Of a DNA stretch of 64,000 nucleotides, positions 18,337 through 27,637 are shown piece by piece. The notes under the pieces were generated by a model. The model had not been told where the DNA came from. It saw nothing but the letters and a program-made list of their open reading frames with translations, and did not search any database. Every line of letters starts with the position of its first letter. Position 1 is the first letter of the stretch. Both the position numbers and the translations under genes were made by a program. The DNA comes from Bacillota bacterium (GTDB taxonomy: Bacteria; Bacillota; Dehalobacteriia; UBA4068; UBA4997), in NCBI GenBank assembly GCA_021769035.1, contig JAETTP010000003.1, positions 3,010-67,009 of the forward strand. Reading direction: 5' to 3'.

Positions 18337-19296
18337 TTAATCCTCCAAGTCGGCAAATTGCGATTCCTGGTAAATCCAGTTGCCCTGCGCGTCCATCAGG
18401 CCGCGATTGAACCCCTGCTGCACCACAAAAACACTATCCGAAAAATGCTCAACAAGATTCAGACCGGAGATAAGCACTTGCCCGTTACTATCCAACACAT
18501 CATATAAGAACTGGCCCTGCGGCCCCTCATAAGCAGCCACATAGTAATCCGAAACACAGTTATTATATTCATCATACACATTATAGAAATAACCATATTT
18601 ATGCGCCGACTCCAAAGGCTGGCCGCTCAAATCATAGAAGAAATTGCCGCCCTGCATATTATTCTCATCACTGTAAGCATTATAGTTATACAAATCGTAA
18701 ACAATGTTCATAAAATTGTCCGCCAGCGTCAGGTTAGCATAACCTTGCTGCCATTGGCTAATTTCCGCCGGCTGCAAAACCTGCTCGGTCAGCAGCAGGT
18801 TGCCGTCACAATCCAACACCTGCAAGCTGCCCTCCGTTAGCAGACGATTCACCAAAATTCGGCTTTTTTCCAAGCTGCCGTCCGCCGCAAAGTAAAAATT
18901 AACAGTGTCGTTCACATTGCCCTCCGCCTGAACGGCCAGCTCCTTTTGCAGCCCTCCCTGCACATCGTAAATGCGGAAAGTGCAGCCCAGCAGCAAAGCC
19001 TCGCCATAGGAATTTTGCCGCTCCGGGTCAAAGTGATTTTCTGTTTCCAGCACGTAACGCTGACGGTTTTGCGTATCCAGCAAAATCTGATATTCATTTT
19101 CACCGGGCGGGAAAAGCAAATCCCCCTCGGTCGTAATCACACCATCATAGTAGTATAGCAGCGCCGGCCTCTCAGCCTGATTACCCAAATCGGCCGCTGG
19201 CTTATCCTCGGCGCAGCCCGCCAGCCCAAGGCCTAAAAGCAAAACCAGCCCCAACAGATAAGCCATTTTTTTCCCGTTAGCAAACTCTCTTTCCAT
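18337..19296 (-). CDS. WG-repeat lipoprotein paralog P6 (319 aa, single unit; first gene of the operon)
   Basis: MEREFANGKKMAYLLGLVLLLGLGLAGC lipobox; FRIYDVQGGLQ, LQVLDCDGNLLLTE, YDVLDSNGQVLISGL, GLMDAQGNWIYQESQFADLED. The start could instead be Met11 (19266). Confidence 0.8.
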   Translation of the reverse strand: MEREFANGKKMAYLLGLVLLLGLGLAGCAEDKPAADLGNQAERPALLYYYDGVITTEGDLLFPPGENEYQILLDTQNRQRYVLETENHFDPERQNSYGEALLLGCTFRIYDVQGGLQKELAVQAEGNVNDTVNFYFAADGSLEKSRILVNRLLTEGSLQVLDCDGNLLLTEQVLQPAEISQWQQGYANLTLADNFMNIVYDLYNYNAYSDENNMQGGNFFYDLSGQPLESAHKYGYFYNVYDEYNNCVSDYYVAAYEGPQGQFLYDVLDSNGQVLISGLNLVEHFSDSVFVVQQGFNRGLMDAQGNWIYQESQFADLED

Positions 19297-19412
19297 ATTA
19301 AACCAGCCCCTTTACATATTAAATTAACTTTTAATGTAGCATTCGGCATTTAGAGCGGTATACCTCCTTTTCCCTTATTATTTCCTTACAAATTAATAAT
19401 TGCCGATTTTTA

Positions 19413-19442
19413 TTGCAAATTGGGGTTAAGATGTGATATAAT
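19413..19442 (+). promoter_or_regulatory. sigma-A-type promoter of metNIQ
   Basis: TTGCAA (19413-19418), an 18-nt spacer, then an extended -10 TGaTATAAT (TATAAT at 19437-19442). It lies about 48 nt upstream of the metN ATG. Confidence 0.6.
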
Positions 19443-19489
19443 ATAAGTTACGTTTAACAAAAAATCAAGAAAGGCGGTGTCTATCACCA

Positions 19490-20530
19490 ATGACGGCTAA
19501 TCAGGAGCCTATTATCCGCCTGCAAAATTTAAGCAAAACCTACGGCAAGGGTGAAACTGCGGTTCACGCTCTAAACGACATCAATCTGGAAATTATGCCG
19601 GGCGAAATCTTCGGCATTATCGGGCTTTCCGGCGCAGGCAAAAGCACTTTGGTGCGTTGTATCAATTATCTGGAGCGCCCCACCTCCGGGCAGGTTTTCA
19701 TCAACGGGCTGGAGCTGGGCCAGCTGCCCCAGCAAGGCCTTAATGAAGCGCGCCATTCTATTGGTATGATATTCCAACAGTTTAATCTGTTGATGCAAAA
19801 AACCGCGCTGCAAAACATCTGTTTCCCGCTGGAGATTGTCAAAACCCCTAAGGAGCAGGCCCACAAGCGCGCACTGGAGCTACTGGAGCTGGTTGGCCTT
19901 TCCGACAAAGCCAAAGCCTATCCCTCCCAGCTTTCCGGCGGCCAAAAGCAGCGGGTGGCTATCGCCCGCGCCCTGGCCACCAATCCACAGGTGTTGCTTT
20001 GCGATGAAGCCACCTCCGCTTTGGACCCAGCCAGCACCCGTTCCGTGCTGGATTTGCTGAAAGCGATTAACGAACAGCTGGGAATCACTATTGTTATCAT
20101 CACCCACGAAATGAACGTGGTGGAAAAGATTTGTCAGCGCGTGGCGATTATCGACAAAAGCCGGATTGCCGAGTGCGGCGAGGTGCGGGAAATTTTCGCC
20201 CACCCCAACAGCGATATTGCCAAATCCTTTGTTTTTCCCAAACATAACAATGTACAAACTATGCTAAACAAAAACTGCTGCCGGGTTATTTACGACGGCC
20301 AATCCTCATTTGAGCCGCACATTGCCAATATGATATTGCAGTTTAAGCAGCCGGTGAACATTATTTTTGCCAACAGCAAAAATATCGACGGCAAAGCCTT
20401 TGGCCAAATTGTGCTGCAAATGCCGGACGACCCGGAAATTGCTAACAAAATGCTGAATTATCTGCGGGCCCAGGGGCTGAATGCCGAGGAACTGACGGCG
20501 GACGAAAACTGGGAGGTGAATGCTCAATGA
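19490..20530 (+). CDS. metN: methionine ABC transporter ATP-binding protein
   Basis: 346 aa. Walker A GLSGAGKST, signature LSGGQKQR, Walker B LLCDEATSALD, and a C-terminal NIL domain. Confidence 0.9.
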   Translation: MTANQEPIIRLQNLSKTYGKGETAVHALNDINLEIMPGEIFGIIGLSGAGKSTLVRCINYLERPTSGQVFINGLELGQLPQQGLNEARHSIGMIFQQFNLLMQKTALQNICFPLEIVKTPKEQAHKRALELLELVGLSDKAKAYPSQLSGGQKQRVAIARALATNPQVLLCDEATSALDPASTRSVLDLLKAINEQLGITIVIITHEMNVVEKICQRVAIIDKSRIAECGEVREIFAHPNSDIAKSFVFPKHNNVQTMLNKNCCRVIYDGQSSFEPHIANMILQFKQPVNIIFANSKNIDGKAFGQIVLQMPDDPEIANKMLNYLRAQGLNAEELTADENWEVNAQ

Positions 20531-21186
20531 ACACGGAAACCTTAATCAACCTTTTAGCATCGGAGACCGTAACCACCCTTTACTTAACTTTGGTAAGCAC
20601 AGTTGCCGCTTACGCTCTGGGCCTGCCGCTGGGCATTATTCTGGTGCTCACCGATAAGGATGGCATTCACCCCAACAAAGCGATAAACGCCTGCCTGGGC
20701 ATTGTTATAAACATACTCCGTTCCGTTCCGTTCCTTATTTTAATGGTTTGGATGATGCCTATCACCCGGCACCTGGTGGGCACGGCCACCGGCAACCGGG
20801 GCGTTATCGTTCCCCTGGTGGTAGCGGCGGCTCCTTTTGTGGCCCGTATGGTGGAAAGCTCTATCAAGGAGGTTGACCACGGTATCATTGAGGCCGCCCA
20901 ATCAATGGGCGCGCCCACCGGCAAAATCATCACCAAGGTTATGCTGGGCGAAGCCCGCCCCTCGCTGTTGGTTGGCTTTGCAATCACCATTACCACCATT
21001 TTGGGCTACACCGCTATGGCCGGCTTCTGCGGCGGCGGTGGCCTGGGCAAAATTGCCGTAAACTATGGCTTGTATAAATATCAAACTGATATTATGAGCC
21101 TTTCGGTTATTTTACTGGTAATCATCGTGCAGATTTTTCAGGAGGCCGGCACCAGACTGGCCCGCAAATTCGATAAGCGCCTTTAG
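20527..21186 (+). CDS. metI: methionine ABC transporter permease
   Basis: 219 aa with 5 TM segments and the EAA-like motif (IEAAQSMGA). An ATGA overlap couples it to metN. Confidence 0.9.
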   Translation: MNTETLINLLASETVTTLYLTLVSTVAAYALGLPLGIILVLTDKDGIHPNKAINACLGIVINILRSVPFLILMVWMMPITRHLVGTATGNRGVIVPLVVAAAPFVARMVESSIKEVDHGIIEAAQSMGAPTGKIITKVMLGEARPSLLVGFAITITTILGYTAMAGFCGGGGLGKIAVNYGLYKYQTDIMSLSVILLVIIVQIFQEAGTRLARKFDKRL

Positions 21187-21363
21187 GCGCGCAATCCCTG
21201 GCCGCAGGCCGTAAACCTATAACTAAAATCTATATCTTTCCATAAAAATGTTTTATAAATTTTCTGGCATAAATTCACAGTAAAAGACTAGCTTTTTGCT
21301 TAAATTTATTATATAATTAGTCTATTCAAATTTTTATTTTATATTTTTCAGGAGGATTTTGAA

Positions 21364-22203
21364 ATGAAAAAACTTTTGTCACTTGTTTTGGTGCTGAGCT
21401 TTGCCCTGCTGGCCGCAGCCGGCTGCTCCAGCGACCAGCCCAGCACCCAGGGGAACGACCAGCAAACGGAGCTGACCCCAATCGTGGTTGGCGCCAGCCC
21501 CACGCCGCACGCGGAAATTCTGGCCCTTATCCAGGACGACCTGGCTGCAAAAGGCTACAAGCTGGAAATCAAGGAATACAATGATTACGTGTTCCCCAAC
21601 ACCGCCCTGGAGGACGGCGAAATTGACGCCAATTACTTCCAGCACATCACCTATATGAACGATTTCAACGAAAGCAACGGCACTCATCTGGTATCCTTGG
21701 CTCCGGTGCATTATGAGCCCATGGGCCTGTATCCTGGCAAGGTAGCCACCATTGAGGAGCTGCCGGACGGCGCCACCATCGGTATCCCCTCCGACCCGAC
21801 CAATGAGGCCCGCGCCCTGTTGCTGTTGGAAGCTGCCGGCCTGATTACGCTGAACCCCGACGCCGGCCTGAAAGCCACCCCCCTGGACGTAACCGACAAC
21901 CCGAAGAACCTGAAGTTCAACGAGATGGAGGCCGCTCTGCTGCCCCGCACTCTGGTTGATTTGGATATGGCCGTAATCAACGGCAACTACGCTTTGCAGG
22001 CTGAGCTTTCCGCCGCCACCGACGCACTGGTTTCCGAGGCTGCCGACTCCCTGGCTGCCACCAACTACGCCAACGTGCTGGCCGTTAAGGAAGGCAATGA
22101 GGAAGATCCCAAACTGCAAGCTCTGGCTGAAGCCCTGTGCAGCGAAACTGTTAAAAATTACATCAACGAAACCTACAACGGCAACGTTCAGACTGTATTT
22201 TAA
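21364..22203 (+). CDS. metQ: MetQ/NlpA family substrate-binding lipoprotein
   Basis: 279 aa with lipobox LAAAGC and NlpA family motifs (ANYFQH..Y, INGNYA). SD AGGAGG is present. Confidence 0.9.
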   Translation: MKKLLSLVLVLSFALLAAAGCSSDQPSTQGNDQQTELTPIVVGASPTPHAEILALIQDDLAAKGYKLEIKEYNDYVFPNTALEDGEIDANYFQHITYMNDFNESNGTHLVSLAPVHYEPMGLYPGKVATIEELPDGATIGIPSDPTNEARALLLLEAAGLITLNPDAGLKATPLDVTDNPKNLKFNEMEAALLPRTLVDLDMAVINGNYALQAELSAATDALVSEAADSLAATNYANVLAVKEGNEEDPKLQALAEALCSETVKNYINETYNGNVQTVF

Positions 22204-22222
22204 CTAAATTTTGCCAAATTTT

Positions 22223-22258
22223 AAGCCCCTATGCCAAACGCATGGGGGCTTTTGCTTT
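22223..22258 (+). terminator. rho-independent terminator after metQ
   Basis: AAGCCCC..ATG / CAT..GGGGCTT stem followed by TTTGCTTT. Confidence 0.75.
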
Positions 22259-22314
22259 ACATTTCCGCCTATATATGTTATGCTTATTAAAAACAGTAAA
22301 GGTGGTTGTTTATT

Positions 22315-23406
22315 ATGACGCTGAAAATTTACCGCACCGCCGCCCTTTGCCTGCTCTGCCTGCTAATTTGGGCCACGCCCGTCTATGCAGTGGACGAATA
22401 CGGCAATGTTTATCCGCAGGAAATTGCCCCGGCCCTCACCGACCCGGCCACTGCCTCCGCCGAAAGCAAGGCCCTGCTGCAAAGCATAACCCTGCCGGCC
22501 AGCCTGGGCATCACCATTCCTCACATCGACACCGGCAAAATCCACGACACAATGCCACTTAACGGCCCCAACCCGGATTTACGGAGGTTGGGATATACGG
22601 AAACCCAAATGCTTAATATGGATTACGGCGACCACCGAAACATTATGAATCAGCAGCCGCTCAGCGAGCAACAAATCAGGCTTTACGCCTCGGAAAAGCT
22701 GCCGGCTGAAAAGCTGCGTCAAATGACCTACGGCGAATACATTGAAGCTTACAGCAAAATTACCGAGGAGGCCAACCTGCCCACGCCGGAACAGCAGGCC
22801 CAATTTGCCGCCCGCAACATCACGCTGCCGGACGCCAACCGCCTTTGCAAGGATTTCCACCAATATGAGAATGTGCTAGCTCAGGAGGACGCGATGCTGA
22901 AAGAGTACTTGGAGGCTTACTACCAATTTGACATTGATTTTGTGCTGAGCCGCTGCCAAATGCCGGTTAAAGCCACAGTTGCCACCGCCCCCCAAACCAG
23001 CGCTATCTGCCCGGTTTACACCAGCGACGGCCAAAAAATTGCCGAGGGCAAGATGTTAAACGGCGTTACCTGCCTGCCGATGCGCACCCTGTTTGAGGCC
23101 TGCGGAGCCACCGTGAACTGGCACGCCGGCAGCAAATCCATTCAGGCCCACACGGAAAGGCGGGACCGTTGGCTGGATATTTCCCTGGCCGAGCAAACCG
23201 CCCAGCTGCGGGTGGAGCTGCCGGAGCCGGACGCGGAGGGCTACAGCCAATATAAAATCACCCAGCTAGCTTTGGATTTTAACTATTGCTTTATGGAAAA
23301 CGGTTCCACTTACCTGCCTCTGCGCACCGTCGCCGAGGCCCTGGCGGTGGAAGTGCAATGGAACGCGGCAGAAAAGAAAGTGATATTGCAACTGCCCCAA
23401 AAGTAA
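22315..23406 (+). CDS. secreted protein with C-terminal copper-amine-oxidase-N-terminal-like (stalk) domain
   Basis: Start moved to ATG 22315, with SD AAAGGTGG 9 nt upstream. The signal peptide ends VYA-VD. The C-terminus has two segments, LPMRTLFEACGATVNW and YLPLRTVAEALAVEVQWN, typical of that domain. Confidence 0.7.
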   Translation: MTLKIYRTAALCLLCLLIWATPVYAVDEYGNVYPQEIAPALTDPATASAESKALLQSITLPASLGITIPHIDTGKIHDTMPLNGPNPDLRRLGYTETQMLNMDYGDHRNIMNQQPLSEQQIRLYASEKLPAEKLRQMTYGEYIEAYSKITEEANLPTPEQQAQFAARNITLPDANRLCKDFHQYENVLAQEDAMLKEYLEAYYQFDIDFVLSRCQMPVKATVATAPQTSAICPVYTSDGQKIAEGKMLNGVTCLPMRTLFEACGATVNWHAGSKSIQAHTERRDRWLDISLAEQTAQLRVELPEPDAEGYSQYKITQLALDFNYCFMENGSTYLPLRTVAEALAVEVQWNAAEKKVILQLPQK

Positions 23407-23411
23407 ATAAT

Positions 23412-23461
23412 AAACAAAAACCCCTTTGTCCAACGCAACCAGACAAAGGGATTTTATTTTT
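23412..23461. terminator. bidirectional terminator between convergent genes
   Basis: CCCTTTGTC (23422-23430) pairs with GACAAAGGG (23442-23450). An A-tract lies on the left and ATTTTATTTTT on the right. Confidence 0.8.
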
Positions 23462-23479
23462 ACCTTTATTTAATCCTGC

Positions 23480-25144
23480 TTATTTAATCTTCATCATATC
23501 CCCACTAACGCTGACTGTTGCGCCCAGCATATCAAAAAGGTCTGCCGGCACGTAAATGCCGTCCTGCTGCCACTCTGGGGCCGCGCCAAAACTGGTGGGA
23601 GCGGACATACCAACCATTCCGGGAATGGCCGTAGCATAGTAATAGCTGTCCAGCCCAACCGTCAGATTAGTCTGAATTTCCCCATTGGTCAGATGAATGG
23701 TCTGGGTTGCAGCTTCCCAATCAACGTCGAAACCAAGCTCAGTTGCCACAATGCGCACCGGCACCATCGCCACGCCATTGGTGTAATGCACCTTATCAAG
23801 CAAAACCATATCGCTCAGCAACAGTTTGCTAGCCCCTGCCAATTTAGTTGTATCAGTATCAGCCGGAGCCAAGGGAAGTTCGCAAACCTCCGGTGCGCCA
23901 AAAACGTGCTTAAAATTGGTGGCTGTGGTCTGCCCCGGATAGCTTTCCGCTACCACGTCGTACCAGGCCAGGAACAAGGAGCCCTCCTGCAAGCCAACGC
24001 AATCCGCGGTTTCACAGTCATGCACAGCCTTAACGTCTATCCACAAACCGCCGTTATCCACCAGAACCCGGCCGTCCTGGATTTGCTCCACGGTGAAAAG
24101 CCCTGCCGGCGCATCATCGCCCACATTCACCAGCACGTAGTTCAACCAGCTTTGCGGCGGCAGGCTAAAAGTGGTTGCCGCGTTGTGGCCGGCCACAACT
24201 TTTTCGCCCGGCTTAACCGCCGTCCAATCAACCACATTGCCGGTTTGCGCGTCCACCAGCAGGGCTGCATTCTCGCCCTCCGTGGCAAAGTTCAGCTGCA
24301 AATCGCCCAACCCCTCGCCGCGTTCCACCAGCAGATAATGGTTATCGTCCTCATTAACAATTTCCTTAACCACAGCCTGTGTCGCCACCACGGCAACTGC
24401 CGGATTCACAGCGGCAAAATCATCGTAATCTGCCGCTGCGTCCGTCGTCTGCAAATCAGCGGCCGGCGGAATCATCGCCTTGTTAGCCGTTGCCTGGCCC
24501 GGATAGGACAATGCCACAATATCATACCAGGCTAAAAAGCGTTCACCAACCTTAACTTCTTTTGCTTCACCAATCCAAGCGTCTTTAGGCAACCGCACCA
24601 ACAGGCCGCCGTTATCGGTGGTTACCACCAAATCGCCGCTGACATCAGCCTCCACCGCCTCCGCTGTCCACAACTTCGCCGGCGTGCCCTCGTCGACGTC
24701 GGCAAGCAGCAAATACAAACGGCTCTGCGGCGGAATGGAACGAGTCATCGCCTGGCTAAAATAAACATAAACCCGATCGCCAACGGCAATATCCTCAGGG
24801 TTCAGAGTTTTCGCGTCCTTGTTGGACATCAACAGAGAATCCGCAGCAATATTCAAACGAATTTCCTGTCCGGCATAATCGCCGGCCTCCGGCTTCACTA
24901 CGATAAAGGCGGAATCCACCTCATCTGGAGCAAGCTCTGTCACCTCAGCAAAACCGCTCAACATTGCCACCTGCACCTCCTGTTGCTCAACCACAGCCAC
25001 CGTGCCATCGGTAAAGGCCGGCAATTTCTGCTGCGGCAGGTTATCCGCGACCTTCAGCGTGTTATCGGCAGCCAGCGCTACGCTACCAAATGTACCTATC
25101 ACAGCTATCGTCATCGCTGCACAAAAAATTCTAATTTTCTTCAT
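23480..25144 (-). CDS. secreted protein with an internally duplicated domain pair and a C-terminal copper-amine-oxidase-N-like domain
   Basis: Start moved to ATG 25144 (MKKIRIFCAAMTIAVIGTFGSVALA), with SD GGAGG. An internal duplication is visible: DNGGLLVRLPKDAW...FLAWYDIVALSYPGQATA versus DNGGLWIDVKAV...FLAWYDVVAESYPGQTTA. The C-terminus contains VPVRIVATELGFDVDW. Confidence 0.7.
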   Translation of the reverse strand: MKKIRIFCAAMTIAVIGTFGSVALAADNTLKVADNLPQQKLPAFTDGTVAVVEQQEVQVAMLSGFAEVTELAPDEVDSAFIVVKPEAGDYAGQEIRLNIAADSLLMSNKDAKTLNPEDIAVGDRVYVYFSQAMTRSIPPQSRLYLLLADVDEGTPAKLWTAEAVEADVSGDLVVTTDNGGLLVRLPKDAWIGEAKEVKVGERFLAWYDIVALSYPGQATANKAMIPPAADLQTTDAAADYDDFAAVNPAVAVVATQAVVKEIVNEDDNHYLLVERGEGLGDLQLNFATEGENAALLVDAQTGNVVDWTAVKPGEKVVAGHNAATTFSLPPQSWLNYVLVNVGDDAPAGLFTVEQIQDGRVLVDNGGLWIDVKAVHDCETADCVGLQEGSLFLAWYDVVAESYPGQTTATNFKHVFGAPEVCELPLAPADTDTTKLAGASKLLLSDMVLLDKVHYTNGVAMVPVRIVATELGFDVDWEAATQTIHLTNGEIQTNLTVGLDSYYYATAIPGMVGMSAPTSFGAAPEWQQDGIYVPADLFDMLGATVSVSGDMMKIK

Positions 25145-25254
25145 ATTAATATTACCTCCATTATTTTCGTCTTCTCGTTTTTTGCACATTCTAATATTAA
25201 TACCCGACAAGTTGCCGTTTTGCCACAGCTAAATTTATTTTTTTCAAAATTTTT

Positions 25255-27597
25255 TTAGGATTCCAAAAGCTCGCTCTTGCGTCGCACCTCGTCCGCCAAA
25301 GGCCATTGCAGATATTCGCCGCTTTTCAACAGCTGTAAAGCGTCTGCGCGGGCCGCCTCCACCAATCGCATATCCCGCGCCAAATCCGCAAACTTCAGCA
25401 TTGCCAGGCCGCTTTGCCGCGTGCCCAAAAGCTCGCCGGCGCCGCGCAGGCGCAAATCCGCCTCGGCAATCACAAAACCGTCGCTGCTCTCAGTCAGGGT
25501 TTTAATGCGCTCTCTCGCTTCGCGGCTTTTGGCGTTGTTCAGCAAAATGCAGTAGCTCTGCTCGCCGCCCCGGCCCACGCGGCCGCGCAGCTGGTGCAGC
25601 TGGGCCAGACCGAAACGTTCGGAGTCCCGGATCAACATCACGGTGGCGTTGGGCACGTCCACGCCAACCTCAACCACCGTCGTGGCCACCAAAATCTGAA
25701 TTTCACCCGCTGCAAAAGCCCGCATAACCTCGCTTTTCTCCTGCGGCTTCATCTTGCCGTGCAGCAAGCCCAGCTTGAAATCCGCAAAATCACCGCTTTG
25801 CAGGCGTTCCAACACCTGAATGGCGGATTCCAGCTCCAAGGCCTCGCTTTCCTCCACCAGCGGGCAAACGATGTAAGCCTGGCGGCCCTTTTCCACCTCC
25901 GCCCGCACAAAAGCATGCGCCCGCGGCTCCAAATCACGAGCAACGGCGTAAGTGGCAATCGGTTGGCGGCCCGGCGGCAGCTCGTCAATAACCGAAACAG
26001 CCAAATCGCCGCAAAAGGTCATCGCCAAGGTGCGAGGGATTGGCGTGGCCGTCAGCACCAGCACGTCCGCCAACGCGCCCTTTTGGCGCAGCAAATTGCG
26101 CTGGTTTACGCCAAAACGATGCTGCTCATCAGTAATCGCCAGGCCCAGTCGGGCAAATTCCACATCAGAGGAAAACAGCGCATGCGTGCCAAGCAGAACG
26201 TCCACCTCGCCGGCCGCCAGCTCCGCCAGCAGTTGCCGCCGCTCCGTCGCCGGCGTGTCGCCCGTCAGCAGGGCCGTGCGCAGGCCCAGCTTTTGTAGCA
26301 GCGGCGCCAGGTTTTGATAATGCTGTTCCGCCAAAATCTCCGTCGGGGCCATCAAGGCACCCTGCCGGCCGGCCGCAAAATTATGATACAAAGCAGCGGC
26401 AGCCACCACGGTTTTGCCGCTGCCCACATCGCCCTGCACCAGACGGCGCATTAAACGTGGCTGCTGCATATCGGCCAAAATTTCCTCAATCACCCGCCGT
26501 TGCGCTCCCGTCAGCCGATAGGGCAAGGCCTCGCAAAAGCGCGGCAAAATGGGCTCAACCACCGGCCGCTGCATCGGCTGCTCCTGCTCCGGCAGGCGGT
26601 TGGCCAGCACCGTCAGTTGCGTAACTAAAAGCTCCTCATACGCCAAACGCTGCCGGCCTTGCTCCACCTGCCGCTCATTCTCCGGAAAATGAAGATAAGC
26701 CAAAGCTTGGCGCAAAGGCAGCAAAGCATGCTCCGCCAACAGCTGTGGCGGCAAACCGTCCTGCAAATATTGCGCATATTTATCCCAGGCAGCAGCCACC
26801 AGACGGCGCATAGCCTTTTGGTTCAAATTGGCCGTCAGGGCGTAAACCGGCAGCAGACCGCTTTCCGCAAAGCCCTGCTGATTTTCAGCCTCCACAAATT
26901 CATAATCCTGCACAGCCAGCTCCAGCCCGCCGTAGCGTCGTTCCGTCTTACCAAAAATCGCCAGCCGCACCCCTGGCAGCAGCTTAGGCTCCAAATGCTG
27001 CTGATTATACCAAACCGCTGCAATGTTGCCAGTGCCGTCGCTCAGCAGAACCTTTAAAATTGTCAGGCCTCGCTTAGGCCGCAGCACCGTTTTGTTCAGC
27101 ACCCGGCCGCAAATCACCGCCGGCTCTCCCTCCGGCAGCTCCGCAATCGCCACCAGCTGGGGACGGCTTTCATAAGAACGGGGCCGGTTAAACAGCAAAT
27201 CCGCCATTTTGTAAATGCCCAACCGCCGCAGCAGCACCGCCCGCTTGGGCCCAACCCCTTTCAAATATTCAATCGAGGTTTGCAGGCAATCCGCCGCCTG
27301 ATGACCCGACTGGCGCGGCTTGGCCTGAGGAAGCGCTGCCGTATCAGCCGGCAGGTTTGCCGCCGCCGTTTGCAAAAGGGCTTGGGCCTGCTGCCAAATT
27401 TGCGGCCGCTGGTTGAGCGCCGCCTCCGCATAGGCCGCGCCCAACTGCTGCAACTGGCCGGCTGTCCCAGCGTAGGCCGCCTGCCCGGCCAGACTGGTCA
27501 GCCAATTGCCAAAACCGCCCAGCACGCTGCTGTCCAGATAGCCCTGGCGCTGCTCCGCCTGTAAAATTGCCGCCACATCTTTTGGCAATGCCGCCAT
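25255..27597 (-). CDS. recG: ATP-dependent DNA helicase RecG
   Basis: Helicase motifs GDVGSGKT, DEQHRFG, TATPIPRT and QLHQLRGRVGRG. The start is set at ATG 27597 (MAALPKD), with SD GGAGG. The ORF-track extension to 27750 lacks support. Confidence 0.9.
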   Translation of the reverse strand: MAALPKDVAAILQAEQRQGYLDSSVLGGFGNWLTSLAGQAAYAGTAGQLQQLGAAYAEAALNQRPQIWQQAQALLQTAAANLPADTAALPQAKPRQSGHQAADCLQTSIEYLKGVGPKRAVLLRRLGIYKMADLLFNRPRSYESRPQLVAIAELPEGEPAVICGRVLNKTVLRPKRGLTILKVLLSDGTGNIAAVWYNQQHLEPKLLPGVRLAIFGKTERRYGGLELAVQDYEFVEAENQQGFAESGLLPVYALTANLNQKAMRRLVAAAWDKYAQYLQDGLPPQLLAEHALLPLRQALAYLHFPENERQVEQGRQRLAYEELLVTQLTVLANRLPEQEQPMQRPVVEPILPRFCEALPYRLTGAQRRVIEEILADMQQPRLMRRLVQGDVGSGKTVVAAAALYHNFAAGRQGALMAPTEILAEQHYQNLAPLLQKLGLRTALLTGDTPATERRQLLAELAAGEVDVLLGTHALFSSDVEFARLGLAITDEQHRFGVNQRNLLRQKGALADVLVLTATPIPRTLAMTFCGDLAVSVIDELPPGRQPIATYAVARDLEPRAHAFVRAEVEKGRQAYIVCPLVEESEALELESAIQVLERLQSGDFADFKLGLLHGKMKPQEKSEVMRAFAAGEIQILVATTVVEVGVDVPNATVMLIRDSERFGLAQLHQLRGRVGRGGEQSYCILLNNAKSREARERIKTLTESSDGFVIAEADLRLRGAGELLGTRQSGLAMLKFADLARDMRLVEAARADALQLLKSGEYLQWPLADEVRRKSELLES

Positions 27598-27637
27598 TTC
27601 ACACCTCCGTTTGTCCCAACCTAAATCTACATATATT

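Noticed and set aside
19330-19372. A strong SD-like AAAGGAGGT on the minus strand upstream of P6, with a small ORF starting MPNATLK.
   Set aside because: The ATG is 13 nt from the SD and the ORF overlaps P6 out of frame. It is more likely a chance purine-rich run in the leader.
19443-19489. An S-box (SAM) riboswitch or Met T-box upstream of metN, and again in the 177-nt metI-metQ spacer (21187-21363).
   Set aside because: The metN leader after the predicted promoter is only about 45 nt. The metI-metQ spacer is AT-rich without conserved S-box or T-box motifs or stable helices.
19297-19489. An invertible or phase-variable promoter for the lipoprotein array. The evidence was an imperfect 10-nt inverted repeat, ATTCGGCATT (19342-19351) against ATTGCCGATT (19399-19408), and an A7 run at the P6 start.
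   Set aside because: The repeats are short and imperfect (8 of 10), no site-specific recombinase is nearby, and the A7 run is too short to call slipped-strand switching without population data.
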